Below are positions 12,129 through 22,487 of a stretch of 64,000 nt of DNA, in pieces. Location: NCBI GenBank assembly GCA_965223705.1, contig OZ245015.1, positions 3,616,001-3,680,000 of the forward strand, given 5' to 3'. Origin of the DNA: Myxococcota bacterium. Lineage in GTDB: Bacteria; Myxococcota_A; UBA9160; UBA6930. How positions within the stretch are numbered: position 1 is the stretch's first letter; each line of letters starts with the position of its first letter. The position numbers and the translations under genes are program-made. The notes beneath the pieces were generated by a model. The model made no database searches and was not told where the DNA came from. It worked only from the letters and a program-made list of their open reading frames with translations.

Positions 12129-14405
12129 ATGCCGAAGAAGCGCGCGTGGGAGCGCCGCGATCCGGAGGCGCGGGCCGAGGCCCGCAACCACGCCCATCCG
12201 GTGCCGAGCCGGACGTACCTTCGGCGGTACCTGAACGAACGAGGCGCTCCCGTTCCGCTCGCCGCCCTCGTGGAGGCGTTCGCGCTGGATCGCCGGGAGG
12301 AGCGGGCCCTCAACGCCCGACTGAAGGCCATGGTTCGCGACGGCGAGATCCTCCCGAACCGCCGGAACGAGTACTGCCTGGTCGATCGCCTCGATCTTGT
12401 CACCGGCGCTGTGAGCGCGCATCGCGACGGCTTCGGCTTCGTCGTCCCCGACGAGGAGGGAGCCGACGACGTCTACCTCTCCCCGCGCGCCATGCGAGAG
12501 CTGATCCACGGAGACCGGGTGGCCGTCCGGATCCGGGGCCACGATCGACGAGGGCGTCCCGAAGGCTCACTCGTCGAGGTGCTCGAGCGCAACACCCGCT
12601 CGGTGGTCGGGAAGTACCGCCGGGAGCAGGGGGTCGGCTTCGTCGCCCCCGAGAACCCACGCATCCCGCATCGGATCGTGGTGCCCGCCGACGCGGCGGG
12701 CGGCGGGAGGCCGGGGCAGGTGGTGCTCGTCGAGCTCACGGCGCAGCCCACCCGCGAGACCCAGCCCATCGGGCGCATCGTCAAGGTTCTGGGCAAGCCG
12801 AGCGCGCCGGGCATCGAGATCGAGATCGCCATCCATTCCCATGGGCTGCCCACCGACTGGCCGGCAGCCGCCGAGAAGCAGGCCCGGCGGCTGGGGGCGG
12901 AGGTGCCGGCGGCGGCGAAGCGCGGGCGCGAGGATCTGCGACAGCTCCCATTGCTGACCATCGATGGCGCCGATGCCCGCGACTTCGACGACGCGGTCTT
13001 CTGCGAGCCGGCGGGGAAGGGCTGGCGGCTCTACGTGGCCATCGCCGACGTCGCGCACTACGTGGAGCGCGGGTCGCCGCTCGACGAGGAGGCCCGGAAC
13101 CGCGGGACATCGGTCTACTTCACGCGCCGAGTCCTCCCGATGCTGCCGGAGGCGCTCTCCAACGGGCTCTGCTCGCTCAACCCCCAGGTCGATCGCCTCT
13201 GCATGGTCTGCGAGATGCGGGTGGGACGCGACGGTCGGATCTCGCGGGCACGCTTCTTCGAAGCCGTCATGCGCTCCCAGGCGCGGCTCACGTATCAGGA
13301 GGTCGCCCGCATGCTCTTCGACGGCGACATCGAGCTCCGCCGGAGGTATGCCCGGCTGCTCCCCCACCTCGAAGACCTGAACGACGTGTTTCGCGCGCTC
13401 CTCGAACGGCGCCGCCGGCGCGGCGCCATCGACTTCGACATCCCCGAGGCGTACGTCGAGCTGGGCGAAGATCGCCGGATCGAGTCGATCAGCACCTACG
13501 AGCGCAACGATGCGCATCGCATGATCGAGGAGTGCATGATCGCAGCCAACGTCTCCGCGGCGCGCTTCCTCCACCGCCACGAGATCCCCGCGCTGTACCG
13601 CGTCCATGACGGGCCCGCATCGGACCGGCTCGAGGAGCTCAAACGCTTTCTCGCGACCTTCGGGGTCCCGTTTCCGAAAGCCAAGGATCTCCGCCCTCGG
13701 CATTTCGCCCGGGTGCTCGAACGCGTCAAGGACCGGCCCCACCGCACGTTGGTCGAGACGCTGCTGCTCCGCTCGATGGCGCGCGCCGCCTACCAGCCGG
13801 ACGACCTCGGGCACTTCGGACTCGCCCTCTCCCACTACGTCCACTTCACCTCCCCCATTCGGCGCTATCCCGATCTCCTCGTCCACCGCGCCATCAAGCA
13901 CGTGCTGTCGGGCGAGCCTCCGGGACGCTTCCCCTACTCACCCAAGGACATGGACGGGCTCGGCAAGCACTGCTCGATGACCGAGCGGCGGGCCGACGAC
14001 GCCACCCGGGACGCGATCGCATGGCTCAAGTGCGAATTCATGCGCGACAAGGTCGGCGAAGTGTTCGAGGGCGTGATCACGGGCGTGACGAGCTTCGGCG
14101 TCTTCGTCCAGCTCGAGGCCGTCTTCATCGAGGGATTGGTGCACGTGACGTCCCTCGAGAACGACTACTACGAGCTCGACGCTCCCAGGCACCGACTCGT
14201 CGGCGCCCGCACTCGCAAGACCTACCAGCTCGCTGCGCCGCTCCGCGTGCGGGTGGCGGCCGTGGATATGGAGCAGCGCCGGATCGACTTCGAACCGGTG
14301 CAGCCGAAGCCCCGATCGCGGCGGAGGCGGCGCCGAGCGAAGCCTGCGGACGCGAGCACTCCCGAGCGCCGCCGAACGCAGGCAGACGGAAAATCCCGGA
14401 TATAG
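12129..14405 (+). CDS. rnr: Ribonuclease R
   Basis: HRDGFGF cold-shock domain, TIDGADARDFDDA, HFTSPIRRYPDL, S1 domain, basic tail. Confidence 0.95.
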   Translation: MPKKRAWERRDPEARAEARNHAHPVPSRTYLRRYLNERGAPVPLAALVEAFALDRREERALNARLKAMVRDGEILPNRRNEYCLVDRLDLVTGAVSAHRDGFGFVVPDEEGADDVYLSPRAMRELIHGDRVAVRIRGHDRRGRPEGSLVEVLERNTRSVVGKYRREQGVGFVAPENPRIPHRIVVPADAAGGGRPGQVVLVELTAQPTRETQPIGRIVKVLGKPSAPGIEIEIAIHSHGLPTDWPAAAEKQARRLGAEVPAAAKRGREDLRQLPLLTIDGADARDFDDAVFCEPAGKGWRLYVAIADVAHYVERGSPLDEEARNRGTSVYFTRRVLPMLPEALSNGLCSLNPQVDRLCMVCEMRVGRDGRISRARFFEAVMRSQARLTYQEVARMLFDGDIELRRRYARLLPHLEDLNDVFRALLERRRRRGAIDFDIPEAYVELGEDRRIESISTYERNDAHRMIEECMIAANVSAARFLHRHEIPALYRVHDGPASDRLEELKRFLATFGVPFPKAKDLRPRHFARVLERVKDRPHRTLVETLLLRSMARAAYQPDDLGHFGLALSHYVHFTSPIRRYPDLLVHRAIKHVLSGEPPGRFPYSPKDMDGLGKHCSMTERRADDATRDAIAWLKCEFMRDKVGEVFEGVITGVTSFGVFVQLEAVFIEGLVHVTSLENDYYELDAPRHRLVGARTRKTYQLAAPLRVRVAAVDMEQRRIDFEPVQPKPRSRRRRRRAKPADASTPERRRTQADGKSRI

Positions 14406-14647
14406 CGGCATCGCCGCACCTCAAGGATGAGGCCCTGGCTCCCTGAGGACCAATGGGCGACCGTCTTCACGGGCGAGAGAGTCCCTGCAAGCACCGAAAC
14501 GCCATCAGACCGCGGAGGGCAACTTCGTCTGTGGACTCTGCGGCGATCGCTGGCCGCGGGTCTGGCGCCATCAGCTACGCGGGGAGGTCCAGGAAACCCG
14601 GCGCCCGGGCGGCCTGCCGCCGGGCACAACTTCAACGTTTTCAGATA

Positions 14648-14675
14648 GTTAGTGGTGGAGGCGGCGGGAATCGAA
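14648..14675 (-). mobile_element. att-site copy 4: tmRNA 3'-end fragment
   Basis: GTTAGTGGTGGAGGCGGCGGGAATCGAA; CAGATAGTTAG flank shared with copy 3. Confidence 0.87.
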
Positions 14676-14846
14676 ACAGCCGCTTCGAAGGGCGCCGCGG
14701 AAGAAGCCCTAGGCAATTGCTCCAACGCGAGCCGAGCAGGAGGAACCGATGTTGGCCCGATTAGTACGGCAATTGCCCCTCGGGCCACTGTCACCTGTCC
14801 CGAGTAAGCACTACCGTGTCGCCTCTTCAGTCTTGGTGTTGTCCGC

Positions 14847-15617
14847 ATGAATCTTCGCCAGATCCGAAACGCCACCCTGTTGCTTGAATACGCCGGCACG
14901 CGCTTCCTGGTTGATCCGTGGTTCGCTGGGAAGGGAAGCCAACCGGGCTTCCAAGGCACACTCAATAGTCATTTGAGGAACCCGACTGCCGAACTGGTAG
15001 TACCCGTCGCCGAACTCGTTGATATCGACGCCGTGGTTCTCACCCATGTCCACCCGGACCACTGGGATGAGGTCGCCGCGGATGCGCTGCGCAAAGACAT
15101 CCCCTTCTTCGTCCAGCACTTCGGCGACAGAGCGACCATTGAGGCTGCTGGGTTCACCAACGTTCATGCGCTAGTCGGCAACCCGACCTTCAACGGGGTC
15201 AAGCTCACACGAACACCCGGACAGCACGGATCCGACGGCTGCCTGCAGGCCGCCTACGACATCCTGGGCGAAGTCTGTGGTGTCCTGTTCCGTCACCCTG
15301 AGGAAAAGTCTCTCTACCTGGCCGGCGACACGGTTTACAACGACTATGTCGCCGCCAACCTCGCCGTTTATGTTCCGGATATCGTGGTGATGAATTGCTG
15401 CGACGCCCAGGTGATTGGGCTCGGTTCAATCATCATGAACACTGGTGACGTGAAATCCGTCTACGAAGCGGCGCCACAAGCCACACTGATCGCCAGCCAC
15501 ATGGAAGCGGTCAATCATGCGGCGCTCACTCGCGCCGAATTGCGGACGTTTGTTCAGGAAAATCACATGGAAGATCGCATCATCATTCCGGCCGATGGAG
15601 AGACTCTCAGACTCTGA
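14847..15617 (+). CDS. MBL-fold metallo-hydrolase
   Basis: QIRNAT, LVDP, THVHPDHWD, HMEAVNH. Confidence 0.9.
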   Translation: MNLRQIRNATLLLEYAGTRFLVDPWFAGKGSQPGFQGTLNSHLRNPTAELVVPVAELVDIDAVVLTHVHPDHWDEVAADALRKDIPFFVQHFGDRATIEAAGFTNVHALVGNPTFNGVKLTRTPGQHGSDGCLQAAYDILGEVCGVLFRHPEEKSLYLAGDTVYNDYVAANLAVYVPDIVVMNCCDAQVIGLGSIIMNTGDVKSVYEAAPQATLIASHMEAVNHAALTRAELRTFVQENHMEDRIIIPADGETLRL

Positions 15618-15659
15618 TCCCGGAAGCGGTTTTCACACTTTCAACAAGGTCGGCCCGCC

Positions 15660-16070
15660 ATGACGACACCGGTGGAAAACAAGGTACTCGTGAAGCGCTT
15701 CTACGAGGCTATTGAGCAGAAAAACTTCGATGCGCTGGATGAAATGTGCCATGACGACTTCGTTTTCTACAACCAGATCGACACGCCGCATCCGGGGGTC
15801 GAAGGCCTGATTGCCGCGGAGAAGAGGAACTTCGATGCTTTTGAAAGCTTCCGCTTTCCCATCGAAACCCTGATTGCGGAGGGCGACAAGGTTGCGGCCT
15901 ACATGATCTTCGAGGGTCGCAATCAGATCGGTCCGTGCGTCGGCGCCAGCCCGAAGGGCAGCGACTGTCGCTTCTCGCTGCTCATGCTGCTGACCATCAA
16001 AGACGGAAAGATCGTCGAGAAGCGTGCCCACTTCGATACCGGCGACATCTATCGGCAGCTAACTGCCTAG
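15660..16070 (+). CDS. SnoaL-like ester cyclase
   Basis: NK.LVKRFYE, LIAEGDKVA, IKDGKIVE. Confidence 0.85.
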   Translation: MTTPVENKVLVKRFYEAIEQKNFDALDEMCHDDFVFYNQIDTPHPGVEGLIAAEKRNFDAFESFRFPIETLIAEGDKVAAYMIFEGRNQIGPCVGASPKGSDCRFSLLMLLTIKDGKIVEKRAHFDTGDIYRQLTA

Positions 16071-16116
16071 GGCTCCGGCCGCGTAGAGAGAGCGCAGTGC
16101 GCTGCCCGCACAAGCT

Positions 16117-17787
16117 TTGCCATCTCGCGAACGTAAGGAGCTGCTCTTGAGCCAGCGGCGGGAATTAGCCCTCATCAATGCGGTCGTCCGCACCGTCGAT
16201 ACCGGGGACTCTGTCGCTCGGGCCGTGCTGATTCGCGACGGGCGTATCGCCGCGGTCGGCCCCGGACCTGTAGTCAGACGTACCGCCAGTCCCGATGCCG
16301 AAATCATCGACTTGGGCGGGGCGACGGTGGTTCCCGGCTTTATCGATGCACACAATCATTTAAGCATCGCCGCCTTTGCGCCAGAGTGCGTCGACTGTTC
16401 GACACCACCGAAATCCACGCTGGCAGAGGTCCTCGAAGCCATCGAACATCACTGCAAGAGCGCGCCCCCGGGTCAATGGGTCCGCGCGATGGGTTTCAAC
16501 CTGACGCATGTCCGGGAAATGCGAAATCCCACCCGCTTCGAGTTGGACGAGGTCGCTCCCGACAACCCCGTCTTTCTCATCGACGCGAGCTGCCACGCCG
16601 GGTTCGTCAACAGCACGGCGCTGGCCCGTGTGGGCATCGACGAGCACACGCCGGACCCGGCGGGTGGCGAAATCGAACGGGACAAAACGGGCGTCCCGAC
16701 CGGTTCCCTGTACGAGAACGCAGCGAATCCGCTGCACTCACACTCGTGGAACGAGTACGCGGAGCGTGACTGGGATCGTTCGGTCGAACTACTCCACTCG
16801 AAAATGCGGGAGTACCTGGCGGTTGGCATCACCTTCGTCGGCGACGCGATGGTGACGTCGAGATCCGCACAGCTCTACCGCCTGGCGGATCGTCAGGGCA
16901 AGCTGCCGTTCGGTGTCCAGATGCTGCACGCCGCGGACCATTTTTTCGATACCCACGATCTGCGCCGGTCGGACATCATCGACCGTATCAAGGAACCCGC
17001 CAGCGAGCGCCTGATTGGCGGGACGATGAAGATCTTCGTCGACCGGGCTTACCCATCGCCGGCCATCGACAAGATGCATCATGGCTGCTGTGCGCATACC
17101 GGCGCAGCTTTCTATCCGAAAGCGGAGGTTGGGCGCCTCGCGCAACGCGCAGTCGAACTCGACATCGCCACAGCGATCCACGGCATGGGCAATTGTGCGG
17201 TGAACACCGTCATGGATGCTTATAAGACAAGCCGGCGCGGGCGAAGCACCGATGCGGTCCTGAGACTGGAACACGCGTTCGTGGCCGAACCAGCGCAAGC
17301 GCTGCGGATGGCGGATCTCGGTATTGACCTCGTGGTCAACCCGGGGCTTGCCTGGCTATGGGGTGAAGTGTTCGACATGTGGCGGGGCGAGAATCAACAT
17401 CATCTGAAACTCTTTCCTACCAGGAGCATGATCGATGCCGGTGTGCGCGTCAGCCTCGGTTCCGATCATCCTTGCGGAAGTTTTTCGCCCGCTGAAATCA
17501 TATCGACGGCGGTGAACAGGGTTTCCTCTAAGGGCATGCACGTCGACCCCGAAGAAGCCATCACTGCAGCCGAAGCGCTGCGCGCGTATACGATCAACGC
17601 CGCCCACGCCTCGAACCGGGCAGACAAAGAAGGCAGTATCGAAGTTGGCAAGCGAGCCAACCTCGTCGTACTGGACCGCGACATCGTGACCTGTCCGACC
17701 GACGAGATCGGTGATACGCAGGTCACCATGACCTACGTCGACGGCGAATGTGCCTACGAATCAGCGGGGAGTGCGGGCGCCAGCTAG
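16117..17787 (+). CDS. Amidohydrolase 3 (YtcJ-like)
   Basis: PGFIDAHNH, RLEHA, GSD, YTINAA, GSIEVGKRANLVVL; start uncertain. Confidence 0.9.
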   Translation: MPSRERKELLLSQRRELALINAVVRTVDTGDSVARAVLIRDGRIAAVGPGPVVRRTASPDAEIIDLGGATVVPGFIDAHNHLSIAAFAPECVDCSTPPKSTLAEVLEAIEHHCKSAPPGQWVRAMGFNLTHVREMRNPTRFELDEVAPDNPVFLIDASCHAGFVNSTALARVGIDEHTPDPAGGEIERDKTGVPTGSLYENAANPLHSHSWNEYAERDWDRSVELLHSKMREYLAVGITFVGDAMVTSRSAQLYRLADRQGKLPFGVQMLHAADHFFDTHDLRRSDIIDRIKEPASERLIGGTMKIFVDRAYPSPAIDKMHHGCCAHTGAAFYPKAEVGRLAQRAVELDIATAIHGMGNCAVNTVMDAYKTSRRGRSTDAVLRLEHAFVAEPAQALRMADLGIDLVVNPGLAWLWGEVFDMWRGENQHHLKLFPTRSMIDAGVRVSLGSDHPCGSFSPAEIISTAVNRVSSKGMHVDPEEAITAAEALRAYTINAAHASNRADKEGSIEVGKRANLVVLDRDIVTCPTDEIGDTQVTMTYVDGECAYESAGSAGAS

Positions 17788-17817
17788 TTTCCTGTACATC
17801 GGTTCTCACATTGGCGA

Positions 17818-18804
17818 CTACGAAAGCGGAATCTTGATTGCAGCGAAGCCCTGCCGCCACGCGTTGGGCGACAGCCCCACGGAGCGACGGAAATGCTGCC
17901 GCATGGAGGCAGCGGAGCCGAATCCTGTTGCCTCGGCGATCTGCTCCACTGACAATTTGGAGCCCTCGAGGAGTTGTTGGGCCTGTGCGAGTCTTTCCGC
18001 GAGAAGCCAGCTCTGAACGGTGGTCCCGGTCAGCGCTTTGAAGTGCCGGGTGAAACTGCGGCGGCTCATACATGCCTCATCGGCCAGGGTATCGAGGCTG
18101 TGCGACTCGCCAACACGACCGCGCACCGACTCTATCAACCGAGCGATACGGTGGTCCTGATCTGCTTTCGGTAGTGGGTGCTCGATGAACTGGGCCTGTC
18201 CTCCTTCCCGGTGCGGAGCAATGACGAGACGCCGTGCTACACGGTTCGCGGTGGTCGCACCCAGACGTTGGCGTAAAACATGGAGGCAAGCGTCGAGACT
18301 CGCCGCTGTGCCGGCCGATGTCAGGATGTTGCCGTCTTCGAGATACAGTACGTTGGCATCGAACTCCACGTCCGGAAAACATGCAGCCATGTCCGAGACG
18401 TACTCCCAATGGGTCGTTGCTCTGCGACCATCGAGCAAGCCGGCTTCTGCAAGCACATGGGTTCCTAGGCACAGGCCGACGATCTGCGCTCCCGCTGCGT
18501 GTGCGTCGCGGAGCGCTTTGAGCAAGCGTGGAGGCGGTCGGTCTAGTGTGTGCCGCCACCCTGGGATGACAATTGCGTCGGCTGTTCTGACCACCGAGAG
18601 CGGAGCAAGATCAGTGAGCCCGAATCCAGCCGTCGTCTTGAGTGCCCCCGACTCGCCGGCGCAAACGACGACCTCAAAAGGGCTCTGCTCAAAGAACGCG
18701 TCGCCAAAAACGAGGCTCGGGACCGAGAGATGGAACGCGATAACGCGGTCGAATGCGACGACTGCGATTCGGATGCGCTGATCCTCCCATCGCACTTTAA
18801 GCAC
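17818..18804 (-). CDS. GlxA-family AraC regulator (DJ-1/PfpI plus HTH)
   Basis: GLCLG, ATTHW, TSAGTAA, REGGQAQF, AraC HTH. Confidence 0.92.
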   Translation of the reverse strand: MLKVRWEDQRIRIAVVAFDRVIAFHLSVPSLVFGDAFFEQSPFEVVVCAGESGALKTTAGFGLTDLAPLSVVRTADAIVIPGWRHTLDRPPPRLLKALRDAHAAGAQIVGLCLGTHVLAEAGLLDGRRATTHWEYVSDMAACFPDVEFDANVLYLEDGNILTSAGTAASLDACLHVLRQRLGATTANRVARRLVIAPHREGGQAQFIEHPLPKADQDHRIARLIESVRGRVGESHSLDTLADEACMSRRSFTRHFKALTGTTVQSWLLAERLAQAQQLLEGSKLSVEQIAEATGFGSAASMRQHFRRSVGLSPNAWRQGFAAIKIPLS

Positions 18805-19224
18805 CTCTCTACGACTGGCCCGATGTTATCGGTAGTACCAATTCTGGCCAACATTACGACTGCCTTGGCACGTGCCCTACAGAGGTAGGGCGCTGCGACA
18901 CGCCCGCTTCCGAGTTCGATAAACCCAAAAAACCAGGGTACTAAGCGGTGGAGGGCAGGAACCGGACAACGATCCGCCCGCGACCGCAACGAGTCGAGGA
19001 GACTCGGAACCGTGATAACCCCGATCATCTCGTTCGCAGGAGGAGGACGCGCCACTGGCACACGATCTCCCAGTGGGACGGTGCTTCCTGAACTCGATCG
19101 CAGGCGTAGGAGTACCTGCACTTCTAGGCGCTCTTCTGCCCGCGGGGCCTGAGTGCTTCAGATCCCGGCCGATGGAGGACCGCTACGTACACGGGCCGAG
19201 AATCCCCGACCGAATTCACCCAGC

Positions 19225-19386
19225 TGTGAGTCCCGTGTGAGTCCCGGCCTTTTCCGAGCTTGAAAAACCCTATGAAACCGGAAAGAGATTGGTGGAGGCG
19301 GCGGGAATCGAACCCGTCGCTCAGAGACAAAAACCTAGTCTTTACGGACACTTACAGAGTCCGAGGCGTGAGTCCCGTGTGAGTCC
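19225..19386 (-). mobile_element. att-site copy 5 (core 19290-19316) flanked by paired arm-type repeats
   Basis: Core TGGTGGAGGCGGCGGGAATCGAACCCG; GTGAGTCCCGTGTGAGTCC at 19226-19244 and 19368-19386. Confidence 0.88.
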
Positions 19387-19540
19387 GTTCTGCGAGGCTC
19401 TTCTCATTGAGCCGCTAACGATGTTTGTTTGATGAAGCTCGCCGGAGGCAGTCGCTCGCCAGATTCGGGAAGCCACATCCATAAGACGCATGACATGCCA
19501 TTACGTGTGTGATTCAAATCCGAGGGCAGTCGGATCCACA

Positions 19541-19569
19541 TTGACAGACTCTCCGGGCCGATCGATCTT
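19541..19569 (+). promoter_or_regulatory. Putative sigma-70 promoter for the repeat/RT transcript
   Basis: TTGACA-N17-GATCTT; predicted start falls near the first base of repeat 1. Confidence 0.45.
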
Positions 19570-19577
19570 CGGAGGGT

Positions 19578-19708
19578 ATCCTGGCTTTCGCGCTGTGCGG
19601 GTGCGGTCTCGGATCGCTCGCCGACACGGGTTGCGGAGGACACGGGGCGAAGAAGTCGCCCCACGGCTGGACCGGGCCCCACAAACAAAGGGGTACTCCC
19701 AGGGGATG
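19578..19708 (+). repeat. 131-bp structured direct repeat, copy 1
   Basis: Identical to 19928-20058 except 2 nt; hairpins GGGGCGA-N5-TCGCCCC and GCCCC-N9-GGGGT. Confidence 0.95.
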
Positions 19709-19927
19709 CCATCCGGGCCTCGCTGTAGAAGCGACTGCAACCTGGGATCTGAAAGCCGACAACGGCTTCACCCCCCGCCGGGCGGTCGCGAGATTTCGTT
19801 TCCGGGTCCGGGTGGGGTGGCAAAGTGTCGGGCTGCAAGCGGTCTTGGAGGCCCCAGTGTCGCGACGAGCCACATGCAAAAACGTGCCAAGCCGACGTCC
19901 CAACTGGGCCGCCTGGCTTTGGCAACC

Positions 19928-20058
19928 ATCCTGGCTTTCGCGCTGTGCGGGTGCGGTCTAGCATCGCTCGCCGACACGGGTTGCGGAGGACACGGGGCGA
20001 AGAAGTCGCCCCACGGCTGGACCGGGCCCCACAAACAAAGGGGTACTCCCAGGGGATG
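19928..20058 (+). repeat. 131-bp structured direct repeat, copy 2
   Basis: 350-bp period with copy 1. Confidence 0.95.
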
Positions 20059-21279
20059 AGTCGAACCTGCGAGCGCGGACCCGGGTGAGCCGGCGGGGTC
20101 CCAATAGGCAGAACGCGGGCGCAACCGAGCGCCCACCGATCTACAACAGAGTAAGATCGAGAAACTCACTCCTGCGTGCCTGGCGGCACGTGCGAGAGAA
20201 CGGCCTGAGATCGAAGTCTCGATCCAACCGCCTGGCCGTCGAACGATTCGATCAAGACGCGCACAGGCATGTCGACAGAATCTACCGCCAGCTTCTGGAA
20301 CGTCGCTTTCGATTTGCACCAGCCAAGGCCATTCGGAAAAAACGGAAAGGCAAGGCTCCTCGGCCTATCGTCGTAGCCCCCCTTGAGAGCAGAATCGTTC
20401 AAAGAAGCATTCTCAACGCACTGGTTGAAGAACCAGCGATGCGGGACCACTTCTCCGTACCGTCGAGTTACGGGACAAAGGGGGCACCAGCGGCAATCGA
20501 GGAGGCTTACCGGCTCATCATTTCAGGCGAGTTCAGCTTCTTCATTCGGTCAGACATAGTCGGCTTCTTTACTCGGATACCTCGTGCACGTCCGTTGGGT
20601 ACGATTGCCGAGTCGATCTCTGACCAGGCGTTCCTATCGTTGCTCCGTGAGGCAACCAACTCGGAGTTGGAAAACCTCGAGGCTATTGGAGAAGACGCCG
20701 ACCTGTTCCCGGACGAGGAATACGGCGTTGCCCAGGGTTGCGCTCTATCATCGCTTCTTGGCGACATCCTGCTTGCCAAATTCGATCACGAGATGAACGC
20801 GCGCGGGGTCCGCTGTCTCCGCTACGTCGACGACTTCCTCATCCTTGGTCCAAACGAGAAGTACACGAAGAAAGCATTTGCGAACGCTCAAGTACTTCTG
20901 AATGAGTTTGGGCTGCGCGCATATGATCCTTTCACTGATTCCGAGAAGGCAGATTTCGGTCGAGCTCAACATGGCTTCGAGTTTCTGGGCTGCGAGATCC
21001 GTCCAGGAATCGTTAGGCCGACAAAGAAGAAGAAGCAGCGGCTCCTCGAAGACCTCGAAGAGCTGTTCGACGACAGTTACGCCGCTATGGCGAACCCGCC
21101 CGCGCTTCCTCGATTCGGAGGGGCTCTGGTCCCTACGTTGGCAATCGTCAATCGAAAGCTCCAGGCGTGGGGGAACCAGTATCAGTTTTGCGCGGATCGC
21201 GGAGGCTTTGAAGTCCTCGACGAAAAAGTCGACGCAATGCTATCGAAGTACCTTGGGAGGTATTCCGAACGTCGTAAAT

Positions 21280-22487
21280 TGTAGTAGTCGCGATCTAATC
21301 TGACAGTCGCCCTGGTTGTGGACCGTCTGTTAGATCCGATCTAAGCGGCGGCTTCGCCGATCTCCTTCTGCTCCCAGATCTTCATGCCGTCGTCGAACGT
21401 TTCCATTGGCGTCCGGCCGCAGCACATCTTGCCCTGGTGTGTGCGCTCTTCGTTATAGCGCACGAGCCAGTCGTCGAGATCCCGTTGGAGCTCTTCGAGG
21501 TCGCTGTAGAGCTTCTTCCGAAACGTCACCTGATAGAACTCCTGAAGGATCGTCTTGTGGAAGCGCTCACAGATCCCGTTCGTCTGCGGGCTCTTCACCT
21601 TCGTCTTCGTGTGATCCACGTCGTTGATCGCGAGGAAGAGCTGATAGGGGTGCTCGTCGAGACGGCCACAGTACTCCGTACCCCGGTCCGTTAAGAGACG
21701 AAGCAGTCTCCCACCGCGTTCCTCGAAGAAGGGCAGCACGCGATCGTTCAGGAGGTCCGCCGCCGTGATGGCCGTCTTCGCCGTGTAGAGCTTCGCAAAG
21801 GCCACCTTCGAGTAGGTGTCGACGAAGGTCTGCTGGTAGATCCGCCCCACGCCCTTGATCGTTCCCACGTAGAACGTGTCCTGGGAGCCCAGGTAGCCGG
21901 GATGTTCCGTCTCGATCTCGCCCGCCGACTCGTCGTCGTGGCGTTTGCGCTCGAGCGCCTGAACCTGGCTGTCGGTCAGCACGAGCCCCTCCTCGGCGAC
22001 CTTCTTCTCGAGCGCCGCCAAGCGGTGCTTGAAGGTCTGCAGGTCGTGGCGAAGCCACACACCCCGGCCGGAGAGATCGGCATCCCGCGCTTGCGCAGCT
22101 CGTTCGCCACGCGGACCTGGCCGAAGGCGGGCTCCTCGACCGCCAGGGCCACGATGGCCTGCTCGATCTCGGGAGCCGTACGGTTGCGGAGGTTCGGCTT
22201 GCGCCGCGACTTCTCGATCAGCGCCTCCACGCCGCCTTCTTCCACCGCCTGCTTGTAGCGGTAGAACGTGTCGCGCGAGTAGCCCATCACCTTGCAAGCG
22301 CGCGACACGTTGCCGAGCTCCTCTGCCAGGTTCAGGAGGCCGACCTTGTTCTTGATAATCTTCTGTTGTGTACTCATCGGGGGGTGCCCTTTCAGGAGAC
22401 CGTGGTCTCCGGTTGTGTTGGTCCACAACCAGGGTAACCCCACCTTCTTCGCTCGAAGATGTGTCAGATCAAGTCGGAACTACTGCA
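21280..22487 (-). mobile_element. IS481-family insertion sequence (1208 bp)
   Basis: 26-bp imperfect terminal IRs (TGTAGTAGT..ATCTGACA / TGCAGTAGT..ATCTGACA), 15-bp subterminal IR 21310-21324 / 22420-22434, CGTAAAT duplication at 21273-21279 and 22488-22494. Confidence 0.93.
21341..22377 (-). pseudogene. IS481 transposase, frameshifted near 22065
   Basis: N-terminal LAEELGNVSRACKVMG HTH and the DDE core (QDTF, TDRGTEY, NGICERFH) lie in different frames. Confidence 0.88.

Larger units (their letters stand above)
19578..20058 (+). ncRNA. Candidate RT-associated structured ncRNA (repeat-spacer-repeat)
   Basis: No credible ORF, dense hairpins, upstream promoter, ends 26 bp before the RT ORF. 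Confidence 0.45.

Noticed and set aside
17941..17962. Sixth, inverted att copy (peptide LQIVSG..GNR in a shadow ORF)
   Set aside because: Weak match lying inside the AraC HTH coding sequence; likely chance
19578..20058. CRISPR array or DGR template/variable repeat pair
   Set aside because: Only two 131-bp units, no cas genes, the two differences (C/A, G/C) are not adenine-specific, and neither copy lies in a target gene
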